A stretch of 25,828 nt of DNA from a virus. Lineage: Duplodnaviria > Caudoviricetes. Numbering within the stretch: the stretch's first letter is position 1; every line of letters begins with the position of its first letter. Shown in pieces: positions 9,242 to 16,314 of the stretch. A program made the translations under genes and the position numbers. The notes below the pieces were generated by a model. That model saw only the letters and a list, made by a program, of their open reading frames with translations, had not been told where the DNA came from and made no database searches. The DNA lies in IMG/VR virus record IMGVR_UViG_3300005764_001445, positions 1 through 25,828 of that record. One strand, written 5' to 3'.

Positions 9242-9284
9242 AACGGCCCCCGCCCCGGTGTCACTCCCCGGGGCGGGGGCCGTT
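9242..9284. terminator. Perfect 17-bp stem-loop between convergent operons (probably bidirectional terminator)
   Basis: AACGGCCCCCGCCCCGG (9242-9258) / CCGGGGCGGGGGCCGTT (9268-9284), 9-nt loop. Confidence 0.8.
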
Positions 9285-9291
9285 GCTGCGC

Positions 9292-9408
9292 TCACCGGCA
9301 GCAGCCGCCCTCGGCGAGCGTGAACCGGTTCTCCGGCCGCGGCGCCTGATAGCCGTTCCGCCAGCCGTACGGCGCCGCCGGGCCGTTCGCGAAACTATTC
9401 CCTCGCAT
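9292..9408 (-). CDS. Hypothetical 38-aa protein (not in ORF track)
   Basis: MRGNSFANGPAAPYGWRNGYQAPRPENRFTLAEGGCCR; preceded by AGAAGGTGA SD; fills the gap up to the terminator. Confidence 0.4.
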   Translation of the reverse strand: MRGNSFANGPAAPYGWRNGYQAPRPENRFTLAEGGCCR

Positions 9409-9411
9409 CGG

Positions 9412-9666
9412 TCACCTTCTTTCCAGTCGTGTTCTCCGGCGCCGCGCCTCCGCGCGGTGCTCCGGCCAGATCCGCGCTAGGGGCCGGATCCGCTCCCTTG
9501 ACCCGCCGCACGCCCGGCACGGGCCGAACGCGTCCTCCGTCGACCCCCAGGCGCGGCCGCGGCGTTCCCGGCACCTGGGGCACGGGCCGAGCTGCCGGTA
9601 CCGGGACCGCCACAGCACCACCCCCAGGGGGATGAGGAGGAGCAGCACGATCAGCAGGTCAGTCAC
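9412..9666 (-). CDS. Membrane-anchored Zn-finger protein of the type found in actinomycete transfer/spread clusters
   Basis: N-terminal TM, CPRC...CRACGG then Arg-rich tail; coupled to upstream gene. Confidence 0.65.
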   Translation of the reverse strand: MTDLLIVLLLLIPLGVVLWRSRYRQLGPCPRCRERRGRAWGSTEDAFGPCRACGGSRERIRPLARIWPEHRAEARRRRTRLERR

Positions 9667-9847
9667 GGCGGCCCCCCGTAAGCGCGCCGCGGATGACCCG
9701 CACCTGTGCTTGCCGGATCAGCGGCTGCGGGCGGGGGGCGGGGAACCCGTCCCGCCACGCCCGCCACAGCGCCCACCCGACGAACAGCACGGCGGGGGGT
9801 GCCGTGAGGGCGGCGAACCCGATCAGGATCAGCGCCGCGATGATCAC
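9659..9847 (-). CDS. Small membrane protein (Spd-like candidate)
   Basis: 62 aa, hydrophobic N-terminal half; 4-bp overlap with FtsK-like gene. Confidence 0.6.
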   Translation of the reverse strand: MIIAALILIGFAALTAPPAVLFVGWALWRAWRDGFPAPRPQPLIRQAQVRVIRGALTGGRRD

Positions 9848-11580
9848 GATCGCCGCCCGGATGACTGGGAGTCCATGAGGACGCGGACCGCCTCAAGGTC
9901 GGCTTCCCGGTACAGTTCCTCGGGGCCGTTCCACCCGGCGACGGGCGCCCACCGGTTCCGGTACCGGTTCCGCCAGGTGCGGACCGCGGCGAGGGTGCGG
10001 TCCCCGAACGTGCCCGCCTCGATCGCCTCCCGCAGCCCGAGCAGCGGCGGGGAGGGTGATGCAGCAACCGGTGAATCAGGTCCCTCACCTGCGGCGGGAA
10101 GAGGTATCGCGGCCTGCTGCATCACCCTGGGGATGTTGTACGGCGGGTCGGCGACCTCGCCGGCCAGGGCCAGGTCCCATGCTTCCTGCGGGGTCAGGTA
10201 GACGGTCTGCACCGCGGTCACATCTGAGCCGATGAGGAACCCGGCGCCGGTCCGGGTGCTCATGCTCGCCGGGTACCCGAATTCCCCGGCGAGCATCTGC
10301 CAGGTGGGTTTCTGGATCTTGCCGAGCAGCAGCCGGGCAGTCAGGTTCTCCCGCGCGGCACCGCCGCCGACCGCGTTCGCCTCGGCCCGCTGAGCGGCCT
10401 GCAGGACATGCATCTTCGCCTGCCGCCCCATGAACAGCACCTCGTTCATCGCCGTGATAGCGGGGCACCGGCCGCCGTCGCCCTCATCTTTCCACCAGTC
10501 CGCGAGCCGGGCGGCGGTGGTGTTCAGCTCCTCAGCGGCGATCAGCAGCCGGTCCCCGACATTCGCCTCGATGCTGCCGTCCCGCCGGGAAGCCGCCCGC
10601 GCGACCCTGTTACGGCGCCGCAGCTCCTCCTGCAGCCACATCAGCATCTGATAGATTTCCTCGTTGCTGCGGCAGTAGGCGATGTTCGGCAGCGTGCCGT
10701 CCAGGCTGTCGGCCCATACGTGAGATATTTCCTTGAAGTCGAGGATGATCCCGAACCCGCCGTGGAACAGGAACTGGGCGACAGCATTCTGCACCGCCAC
10801 GGACTTGCCGGCTCCGGGCGGCCCGTTGATGAGAAAATGCGGTGATTCCCCGGCCAGCCGGATCTTCACCGTCTCCCGCGCGCCCAGCCCGGCGATCAGC
10901 TGCCCCGGCCTGGCGGTCTCGATCGCGTCCCGGACCATCTCCAGGGTGACGACCTCCGGCAGCTGCGGCGGCGGCGCCCATTTCACCACGGGTTTCGGGC
11001 CGGCGACGCCGGCCCAGTCAAACTCGGCGCCCGGGATCCCCAGCCGCGCCCGCACATCCCCCTCGAGCTGTTTCCGGTACTTGTCACCGGGGGAAACGTT
11101 CAGCGGCAGTGCTATCTGCCCCGTGGAGCGGTCCAGCGCCACCGTGATGTAGGATTCGGGCCGCTCGGTCACGGGGCGTTCCAGCTGCCGGTGGATGGTG
11201 GCGTGCAGCGGGGTCAGCCAGGTGCGGCGGTGCCTGCGGATCCGCCACCGCCGCCACACCCGGAACCCGCCGTACCCGGCGGCCGCGACCGCGGAGGCTG
11301 CCACCGCCGGCCTGGTGGCCTGCGGATCCATGATCATGCCGTAGACAGCGCAGATGATATAGAGGAAACCGCCGAGTCGCCGCAATGTTACCTTCCACCG
11401 TTTCCGGTGATCCGCGCGGTCCTGGGTGCCGCCGTGCCATGGCAGGCCGGTCAGCAGCCGCCAGTACACGATGAGGGCGCCCTCCTTGTCCAGCCGCCGC
11501 CCCCACACCTGCGCCCACGCGACGGCGCCGGTCAGCAGCAGCGCGGCGAGGATGAGGCCCAGCCCGGCCAGTGCGGTCAT
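9844..11580 (-). CDS. Membrane-anchored FtsK/SpoIIIE-family ATPase (TraB-like DNA translocase)
   Basis: About three N-terminal TM segments; PHFLINGPPGAGKS (Walker A), IILDFK, ELRRR, LLIAAEELN (Walker B variant), GRQAKMHVLQAAQR; C-terminal HTH-like segment. Confidence 0.85.
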   Translation of the reverse strand: MTALAGLGLILAALLLTGAVAWAQVWGRRLDKEGALIVYWRLLTGLPWHGGTQDRADHRKRWKVTLRRLGGFLYIICAVYGMIMDPQATRPAVAASAVAAAGYGGFRVWRRWRIRRHRRTWLTPLHATIHRQLERPVTERPESYITVALDRSTGQIALPLNVSPGDKYRKQLEGDVRARLGIPGAEFDWAGVAGPKPVVKWAPPPQLPEVVTLEMVRDAIETARPGQLIAGLGARETVKIRLAGESPHFLINGPPGAGKSVAVQNAVAQFLFHGGFGIILDFKEISHVWADSLDGTLPNIAYCRSNEEIYQMLMWLQEELRRRNRVARAASRRDGSIEANVGDRLLIAAEELNTTAARLADWWKDEGDGGRCPAITAMNEVLFMGRQAKMHVLQAAQRAEANAVGGGAARENLTARLLLGKIQKPTWQMLAGEFGYPASMSTRTGAGFLIGSDVTAVQTVYLTPQEAWDLALAGEVADPPYNIPRVMQQAAIPLPAAGEGPDSPVAASPSPPLLGLREAIEAGTFGDRTLAAVRTWRNRYRNRWAPVAGWNGPEELYREADLEAVRVLMDSQSSGRRS

Positions 11581-12122
11581 CCCCCACCTGCCGCAACGGG
11601 TGGTGCAACAGGAAGCCCCCGGGAACCCCTCTGCCCTATTCCACCTGTTTCCCCTTCCTTCCCCTCCTTTTTCTTCCTCCTCTTCTCTTTCCTCACCTGT
11701 TCCCGTTTCTGCTTCCGCTCCCGCCTCACCCGTTCCCGTACGTTTTCCCTCGCTGTCCCGTAGGACAGCGAGGCCGCATCGTTGCGCTCATGATCATCGT
11801 CCCGGTGCAGGACCTGCATCCCCGCCGGACGCCGGCTGATGTGCGCCTCAGCGACCAGCACATGCACGTGCACGGTGCGCTCTCGGTCACCGTCGGACAG
11901 GTGCACCCGGCGGCGTCCCTTCCCGTCCCGGCCGTGCGTCAGCATCAGGCCGCCCGCCCGGCGGCCGTCGGACAGCACCCGGTCCACCGACCGCACCCGT
12001 CCCCGGTCTGATACCTCATACCCGGGCCAATCCGGCACCGGCAGCCATAGTTCGGGAGCGGCCGGGGCGGCGGCTGATAGGGCTGGAATCACCGCCCCGG
12101 CCACGCTCAGCGGGTCACTCAT
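11577..12122 (-). CDS. NUMOD4 + HNH homing-endonuclease-like protein
   Basis: ELWLPVPDWPGYEVSDRGRVRS (NUMOD4); VHVLVAEAHI..P...VLHRDDDHERN...L.YGT..EN (HNH_3-like); basic tail. Confidence 0.85.
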   Translation of the reverse strand: MSDPLSVAGAVIPALSAAAPAAPELWLPVPDWPGYEVSDRGRVRSVDRVLSDGRRAGGLMLTHGRDGKGRRRVHLSDGDRERTVHVHVLVAEAHISRRPAGMQVLHRDDDHERNDAASLSYGTARENVRERVRRERKQKREQVRKEKRRKKKEGKEGETGGIGQRGSRGLPVAPPVAAGGG

Positions 12123-12750
12123 GACCGTGCCCGTTCATGTCTGCGCGGACCCGCCGGTCGATCTCCGCCGCCACCGTCCGGGGCAGCCCGAACCTCGTCT
12201 GCAGCGCGTTGGGGGTCAGCGGGTTGCCCGCCGCGTGAGTGGCCCGCGATGCCGCCTCCGCGGCAGCCTCCGCCGTCCCCGGAACCCGCGGCGATAGCTT
12301 GCCTGCCAGCGGCTCCGCGTCCCCTGGGGAGGCTCTGCGGGACGAGGCGCGGACAAGCATCATCAGCACCTCATAGGTGCCGACGAAAGCCAGCGCCGGC
12401 CACGCCGACACCACCGCGCCGAGGGGCCCGTACGACACCCCGGCGAGGATGTTCACCGCGAGGGTCGCGCCGATCCCCGCGCCCAGCAGCACCCGCGCCA
12501 GCACCGGCGCCGTCTCCTTATGCAGGGCGGCGTCCAGCAGCACCATCGAGGACGCCACGATAAGCCCGTCGATCGTCACCGGGTACGCGCGGCCCACCGC
12601 CCCCGGCTCCCCGTGGCTGCTGACGATCTGCACCGCGTGCAGGTAGGAGATCCACCCGGCGACCGCGGCCACGCCCAGCACCGCGGCGACCGCCGCGATC
12701 CGGGTGAGCCGGTCACTGTTGCGCCCGGCGGGGCTGACTGTAGTTTGCAT
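12115..12750 (-). CDS. DUF2637 / SpdA-like multi-TM protein
   Basis: VAAVAGWISYLH, YPVTIDGLIVASS, GIGATLAVNI, VSAWPALAFVGTYEVL; GAGG SD before ATG 12750 (alternative start 12807). Confidence 0.8.
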   Translation of the reverse strand: MQTTVSPAGRNSDRLTRIAAVAAVLGVAAVAGWISYLHAVQIVSSHGEPGAVGRAYPVTIDGLIVASSMVLLDAALHKETAPVLARVLLGAGIGATLAVNILAGVSYGPLGAVVSAWPALAFVGTYEVLMMLVRASSRRASPGDAEPLAGKLSPRVPGTAEAAAEAASRATHAAGNPLTPNALQTRFGLPRTVAAEIDRRVRADMNGHGHE

Positions 12751-12788
12751 GTACGACCTCACACGGGTTGCGGCTCTTGTGCGGTCCA

Positions 12789-12824
12789 GGGAACGGCGGC
12801 CGGCCATACGCGGCTGCCGTTCCC
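12789..12824. terminator. 14-bp hairpin between the first leftward gene and the transfer operon
   Basis: GGGAACGGCGGCCG / CGGCTGCCGTTCCC with one G-T pair; T-rich tract follows on the + strand. Confidence 0.55.
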
Positions 12825-12841
12825 GCTTTCTGTTTCTTCAG

Positions 12842-13069
12842 CTATTCCGCGGATGACCCGGGTAGCGGCGCCGGGCCATCCTCGAGCTTGCGGAGCACGT
12901 CGCGGATCCGGAACCCGCTCACCTCACGGCCCCGGGGGCTGGTGAACACGATCCGGTCCGCCTGCCCGTCATACCGCACCGACCACCCCGGGTGGGCTTC
13001 CAGCCAGTCATCCATCCGCTTCACCGGGTCCGCCCGGGGAGGCGGCAGCGGGTACGGTCCTGTCACCAT
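12842..13069 (-). CDS. Hypothetical 75-aa protein, first gene of the leftward operon
   Basis: MVTGPYPLPPPRADPVKRMDDWLEAHPGWSVRY..; ATG sits at the predicted transcription start of the 13076-13104 promoter. Confidence 0.55.
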   Translation of the reverse strand: MVTGPYPLPPPRADPVKRMDDWLEAHPGWSVRYDGQADRIVFTSPRGREVSGFRIRDVLRKLEDGPAPLPGSSAE

Positions 13070-13075
13070 CTGACT

Positions 13076-13104
13076 ACCATAACGCGCCGTCCCCCGTTTG
13101 TTAA
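13076..13104 (-). promoter_or_regulatory. Leftward housekeeping-sigma-type promoter (leaderless)
   Basis: TTAACA-17 nt-TATGGT on minus strand, 6 nt before ATG 13069. Confidence 0.6.
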
Positions 13105-13128
13105 CATCATCCGCTACGCTTGCTATCC

Positions 13129-13296
13129 ATGGCATCCCGCACCGTCCTCGGCTGGCGCCCCAAGTCCGATGATGACGTCGCCTGGCTCCGCGCCCTCGCC
13201 GCCCGGCAGGGACGCGGCGCCATCGGCCGGCTCCTGGATGAGGCCCTCGCCCTGCTCCGCAAGGAACACGAGCAGGATGCTCCCGGCTCCCCTTGA
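13129..13296 (+). CDS. Ribbon-helix-helix-like DNA-binding protein, paralog 1 (55 aa; not in ORF track)
   Basis: MASRTVLGWRPKSDDDVAWLRALAARQGRGAIGRLLDEALALLRKEHEQDAPGSP; clear similarity to 13592-13750. Confidence 0.7.
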   Translation: MASRTVLGWRPKSDDDVAWLRALAARQGRGAIGRLLDEALALLRKEHEQDAPGSP

Positions 13297-13331
13297 CGGT
13301 GGTAACCACCAATGCTAGGGTGGTAACCACC
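13293..13331 (+). promoter_or_regulatory. Rightward promoter overlapped by two identical 13-bp palindromic operators
   Basis: TTGACG (13293)-17 nt-TAGGGT (13316) with extended -10 TG; GGTGGTAACCACC at 13298-13310 and 13319-13331. Confidence 0.8.
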
Positions 13332-13352
13332 AGAGCAGAGGGAGCACCAGAA

Positions 13353-13592
13353 ATGAAGGTCAAGGTCAACACCAGCGACATCAAGTGGATAGGGCGCCGC
13401 AGCGTGGACGAGCCCGTCGCGCACGGCACCGACGCCAGGGGCGTCATGTACTTCAGCGCCACCGTCGAAGTTCCCGGAGTCGAGCACGTCACCTTCGCAG
13501 GCGCGAAGATGATCCGCTTCGACCTCGGCAAGGACGCCCCGCGCGACCACAACCGTTACGCCATGTACCCCGCGACATACCTGGCCGGCTGA
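13353..13592 (+). CDS. Hypothetical 79-aa beta-rich protein
   Basis: GAGGGAG SD, ATG 13353; TGATG-coupled to RHH paralog 2. Confidence 0.65.
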   Translation: MKVKVNTSDIKWIGRRSVDEPVAHGTDARGVMYFSATVEVPGVEHVTFAGAKMIRFDLGKDAPRDHNRYAMYPATYLAG

Positions 13593-13750
13593 TGCACGGC
13601 CGGCACAAGACGCCGCTGCTCGGCTGGCACCCGCCGGCCGAGCTTTCGGCATGGGTACGCGGCGAGGCGGAACGCCGCGGCGTGAAGCTGACCGTCATCC
13701 TCGACGAGGCCCTCCGCGCCTACCGGGCGCAATGCGAGCAGGACGCGTAA
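13592..13750 (+). CDS. Ribbon-helix-helix-like DNA-binding protein, paralog 2 (52 aa)
   Basis: MHGRHKTPLLGWHPPAELSAWVRGEAERRGVKLTVILDEALRAYRAQCEQDA; Arc/CopG-like A..RG...T..L.EAL pattern. Confidence 0.7.
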   Translation: MHGRHKTPLLGWHPPAELSAWVRGEAERRGVKLTVILDEALRAYRAQCEQDA

Positions 13751-13900
13751 CAGACAGCGGCGGTTAACCGTTTCTTAGGGAGTGCCCCGGTTCCGCTTGC
13801 CGGCCACGCGTCACCCTCAGTAGCATCCCTTGCACATGCATTTGCATTTGCATCCCGTGCGATCCCAGCCTTGCCCGCATGCTCATATGGGGGACCAGTC

Positions 13901-14167
13901 ATGCGACCCTTCCGCGACCCCGACCGCATCTTCGCCTGCCTGAGAGCCGCCGCAGTAATCCTCGCGTGCCTCGCCGTCGCCGGGATCTGGGTATTCACGG
14001 ACCCCGACGAGATCGTCGTCGCCGCCGCCGCGAGCACCATGGCGGTTCTTGCGGGGCAGCGGTGGGCGGTCCGCGCCCGGATGGAACATGACGAGCGGCT
14101 GCTGATCCGGACGGTGGCGGAGTTCAGCCGGCGAGCAGAGACCGCGCCGCTGCGCCGGGTGAAGTAG
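13901..14167 (+). CDS. Small two-TM membrane protein
   Basis: GGGGGA SD before ATG 13901; two hydrophobic segments; converges on and overlaps the repressor 3' end. Confidence 0.55.
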   Translation: MRPFRDPDRIFACLRAAAVILACLAVAGIWVFTDPDEIVVAAAASTMAVLAGQRWAVRARMEHDERLLIRTVAEFSRRAETAPLRRVK

Positions 14168-14465
14168 GCCCGTCGACGATCTCCTCGATCGCCCGGATCA
14201 CCCGGTCCCAGTCCTCCGGCGGGAGGGTGCGCCGGATCATGTCGACCAGCCGGGGCGACAGCGACGATCCCGGCTCCGGCTCATCAAACCGGATCCCGAG
14301 CACTTCCTCGAGCGCGCCGATCGAGCTGCGCGGCGACGTGCGCCCGTTCTCCCAGTTGTCGACCGTCTTGATGTTGACCTGCAGGGCGGCAGCCAGTTCC
14401 CGCTGCGTCATCCGGTGACGTTCCCGGGCGCGCCTGATCCGCATCCCGATGCTGACGGGTGGCAT
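14124..14465 (-). CDS. CI-like immunity repressor (XRE HTH)
   Basis: IRRARERHRMTQRELAAALQVNIKTVDNWENGRTSP; divergent from early operon; start 14465 fits a leaderless promoter. Confidence 0.85.
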   Translation of the reverse strand: MPPVSIGMRIRRARERHRMTQRELAAALQVNIKTVDNWENGRTSPRSSIGALEEVLGIRFDEPEPGSSLSPRLVDMIRRTLPPEDWDRVIRAIEEIVDGPTSPGAAARSLLAG

Positions 14466-14471
14466 CCCCCT

Positions 14472-14613
14472 AGCATGCTGTCCGATTATGGGCAAGTCAA
14501 GGCAAAGCGATGAAACTCTGTGCAACGCGCCGCGGAATCATTCCGCTAAGATTCCGGGTATGCCTTGACGCACACCCCCCACATGCCTAACGTTGCCTAC
14601 AAGCAAGTCAGGG
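14472..14613. promoter_or_regulatory. Divergent genetic switch (repressor and early promoters with putative operators)
   Basis: Leftward TTGACT (14500-14495)-17-CATGCT; rightward TTGACG (14565)-17-TAACGT (14588); inverted 9-mer GTCAAGGCA (14496) / TGCCTTGAC (14561); GCAAGTCA repeated at 14492 and 14603. Confidence 0.7.
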
Positions 14614-14640
14614 GACCGGACCCGGGAGCGGGGGTGAATC

Positions 14641-14826
14641 ATGTACCTATCCAGAGCCGAGGCATGCAAGCAGCTGAACATCTCCCGCGAAACATTCCGC
14701 AAGCTCATCCGCACCGGCGAACTGCAGGCCCACAAGATCGGCAACGGCCGCACCAGCCCCTGGCGAGTCAGCGAAGACGAGATCACCGCCTACATCAAGC
14801 GCCGCACCATGCGAGCCGCATCATGA
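14641..14826 (+). CDS. Excisionase/Cro-like HTH_17 DNA-binding protein
   Basis: YLSRAEACKQLNISRETFRKLIRTGELQAHKIG...WRV; first early gene. Confidence 0.85.
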   Translation: MYLSRAEACKQLNISRETFRKLIRTGELQAHKIGNGRTSPWRVSEDEITAYIKRRTMRAAS

Positions 14827-14833
14827 AAACACT

Positions 14834-14861
14834 GCGGCCCCCCGTCGCGCCGGGGGGCCGC
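14834..14861 (+). terminator. 11-bp GC hairpin after the first early gene (tR1-like)
   Basis: GCGGCCCCCCG / CGGGGGGCCGC, 6-nt loop; no U tract. Confidence 0.45.
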
Positions 14862-14923
14862 GCCCGGCAAGGAGTCCTCACGACTCACCGGGCCGCAACC
14901 AAGGATAACAAAAGGAGTCCTCC

Positions 14924-15193
14924 ATGACAGGCAACGAACCGCAGGACCGCACCACCGTCGACGAGCGCGTCGCGCTCATCAACGCCATGTCTCCGGCCGA
15001 GCGCGACAAGTTCCTCACCTTCCTCACCGGGTACCTCCTCAACGAGTTCGACGACGCGATGAGCGGGTGGCGCAACTCCCGCCCGCAGGATCTTCATGAG
15101 GGGGGACGCGTCATGACCGGCCCGGAGCGCGGCGGCCTCCCCGGCCAGCCTGACGACGAAACAGCGGCTGCGCCCAGCGGGGAGGCGTCATGA
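14924..15193 (+). CDS. Hypothetical early protein
   Basis: AAGGAG SD; ATGA-coupled to next gene. Confidence 0.6.
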   Translation: MTGNEPQDRTTVDERVALINAMSPAERDKFLTFLTGYLLNEFDDAMSGWRNSRPQDLHEGGRVMTGPERGGLPGQPDDETAAAPSGEAS

Positions 15194-15600
15194 CCGGGCT
15201 GTGGATCATCATCGCCGCCGCCGCAGCGGGCGCCGCCGGGTACCTCGCCGGGCAGGTTCTCGGCTACAAAGCCGGGCACGCCGCCGGCCGCGCCCAGGAA
15301 AGCGCCCGCCGCAGCCTCCGCGACCTCAACGACCGCGAGCGCGCCCGCACCGCCCCCCCGCCGCCGCCCCGCCAGTACCCGGATGACCCGTTCTGGGACC
15401 AGGCCGCCCCGCACCTGCGGTACATGGTCCCCCGCCGCACCGCCGACCCGCCTCCCGTCGTCACCGCGGATGACATCGCCCCCGTGAAAGTGCCGGAACC
15501 GAAGCTGACGGACAGCGGTGAACTGGAGCGGATCAGGGAAATCGGCGAAGCCGGCCGCGCCAGCCTCGGCCTCACCGGATCACTGGAGGCGGCGCCATGA
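15190..15600 (+). CDS. Membrane-anchored hypothetical protein
   Basis: GGAGG SD, N-terminal TM, ATGA overlaps at both ends. Confidence 0.65.
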   Translation: MTGLWIIIAAAAAGAAGYLAGQVLGYKAGHAAGRAQESARRSLRDLNDRERARTAPPPPPRQYPDDPFWDQAAPHLRYMVPRRTADPPPVVTADDIAPVKVPEPKLTDSGELERIREIGEAGRASLGLTGSLEAAP

Positions 15601-15809
15601 ATCATGAATGCCCTGCCAGCGGCTGCGCGCGTTCTGTCCCGCCGCACATGCTGACGTGCCGGAATCACTGGTACATGGTGCCCGCCCCGCTCCGCTCGGA
15701 CGTCTGGAACGCCTGGGCTGAGGGTGCGGGCGCGGGTTCCGCCGAGCACATGGAGGCTATGGACGCGGCGATCGAGGCCGTCAACCGGATGCTAGGCGGC
15801 GCATCATGA
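15597..15809 (+). CDS. Small Zn-binding phage protein
   Basis: HECPASGC..VPPHMLTCRNHW..VP..LR..VW; GGAGG SD. Confidence 0.7.
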   Translation: MNHECPASGCARSVPPHMLTCRNHWYMVPAPLRSDVWNAWAEGAGAGSAEHMEAMDAAIEAVNRMLGGAS

Positions 15810-16024
15810 GCGCGAACGTGCACGCCGCGCGGCTCGCGGACTCGGTGCGGATGTCCCGCCGGCTCCGCGAGCAGCTGTTCACCCCCCCGGCGGTCAGCCT
15901 GCAGCTCGGCACCCACATCACCCGCGAGCAGATCCGGCTATGCGGCCCGTGCCTCGATGACTGCTGCGCCGCATGCTGGGGCGGCGGCTGCCTGTGCGCC
16001 TGCCAGGACCGGGAGGCATCATGA
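15806..16024 (+). CDS. Cys-rich small protein
   Basis: 8 Cys in the C-terminal 21-residue cluster; ATGA coupling. Confidence 0.6.
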   Translation: MSANVHAARLADSVRMSRRLREQLFTPPAVSLQLGTHITREQIRLCGPCLDDCCAACWGGGCLCACQDREAS

Positions 16025-16314
16025 CCGCCCTGTGGCCGGTGTGGCTCGCCACCCTCACCGCGATGATCATCCTCGCCGTCCCCGCCGCCCGGTGGCTGCA
16101 CCGCGGCCGCCTGCAGCTGCAGGCGATCCTTGCCCCGCCGCGGCACGGCCCCGCTCACTACTGCCCCGAATGCGGAAGATGCCGCTGCTGGTGCGGGGAC
16201 TGCGCGCTGTTCGCCCCGTGCTGCTGCGCCGGGTGCTGGTCACTGACCCCCACTCCGCATCCCCCCTGCACCTGCACGCCTGTGCGGGCAAGACAGGAGC
16301 TGAGAGCATCATGA
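16021..16314 (+). CDS. Membrane-anchored Cys-rich protein
   Basis: GGAGG SD, N-terminal hydrophobic helix, 12 Cys in C-terminal half; ATGA coupling on both sides. Confidence 0.55.
   Translation: MTALWPVWLATLTAMIILAVPAARWLHRGRLQLQAILAPPRHGPAHYCPECGRCRCWCGDCALFAPCCCAGCWSLTPTPHPPCTCTPVRARQELRAS

Noticed and set aside
9844-11580. FtsK-like ATPase as packaging motor or type VII secretion EccC
   Set aside because: A conventional terminase is present; single ATPase domain, no WXG100 genes, and DUF2637 context favours plasmid-type transfer
14641-14826. Excisionase-like gene as proof of integration
   Set aside because: HTH_17 proteins often act as Cro-like regulators; no integrase is seen in the window
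15181-16024. Recurrent GGAGGC..CATGA junction motif
   Set aside because: Ordinary SD plus ATGA translational coupling
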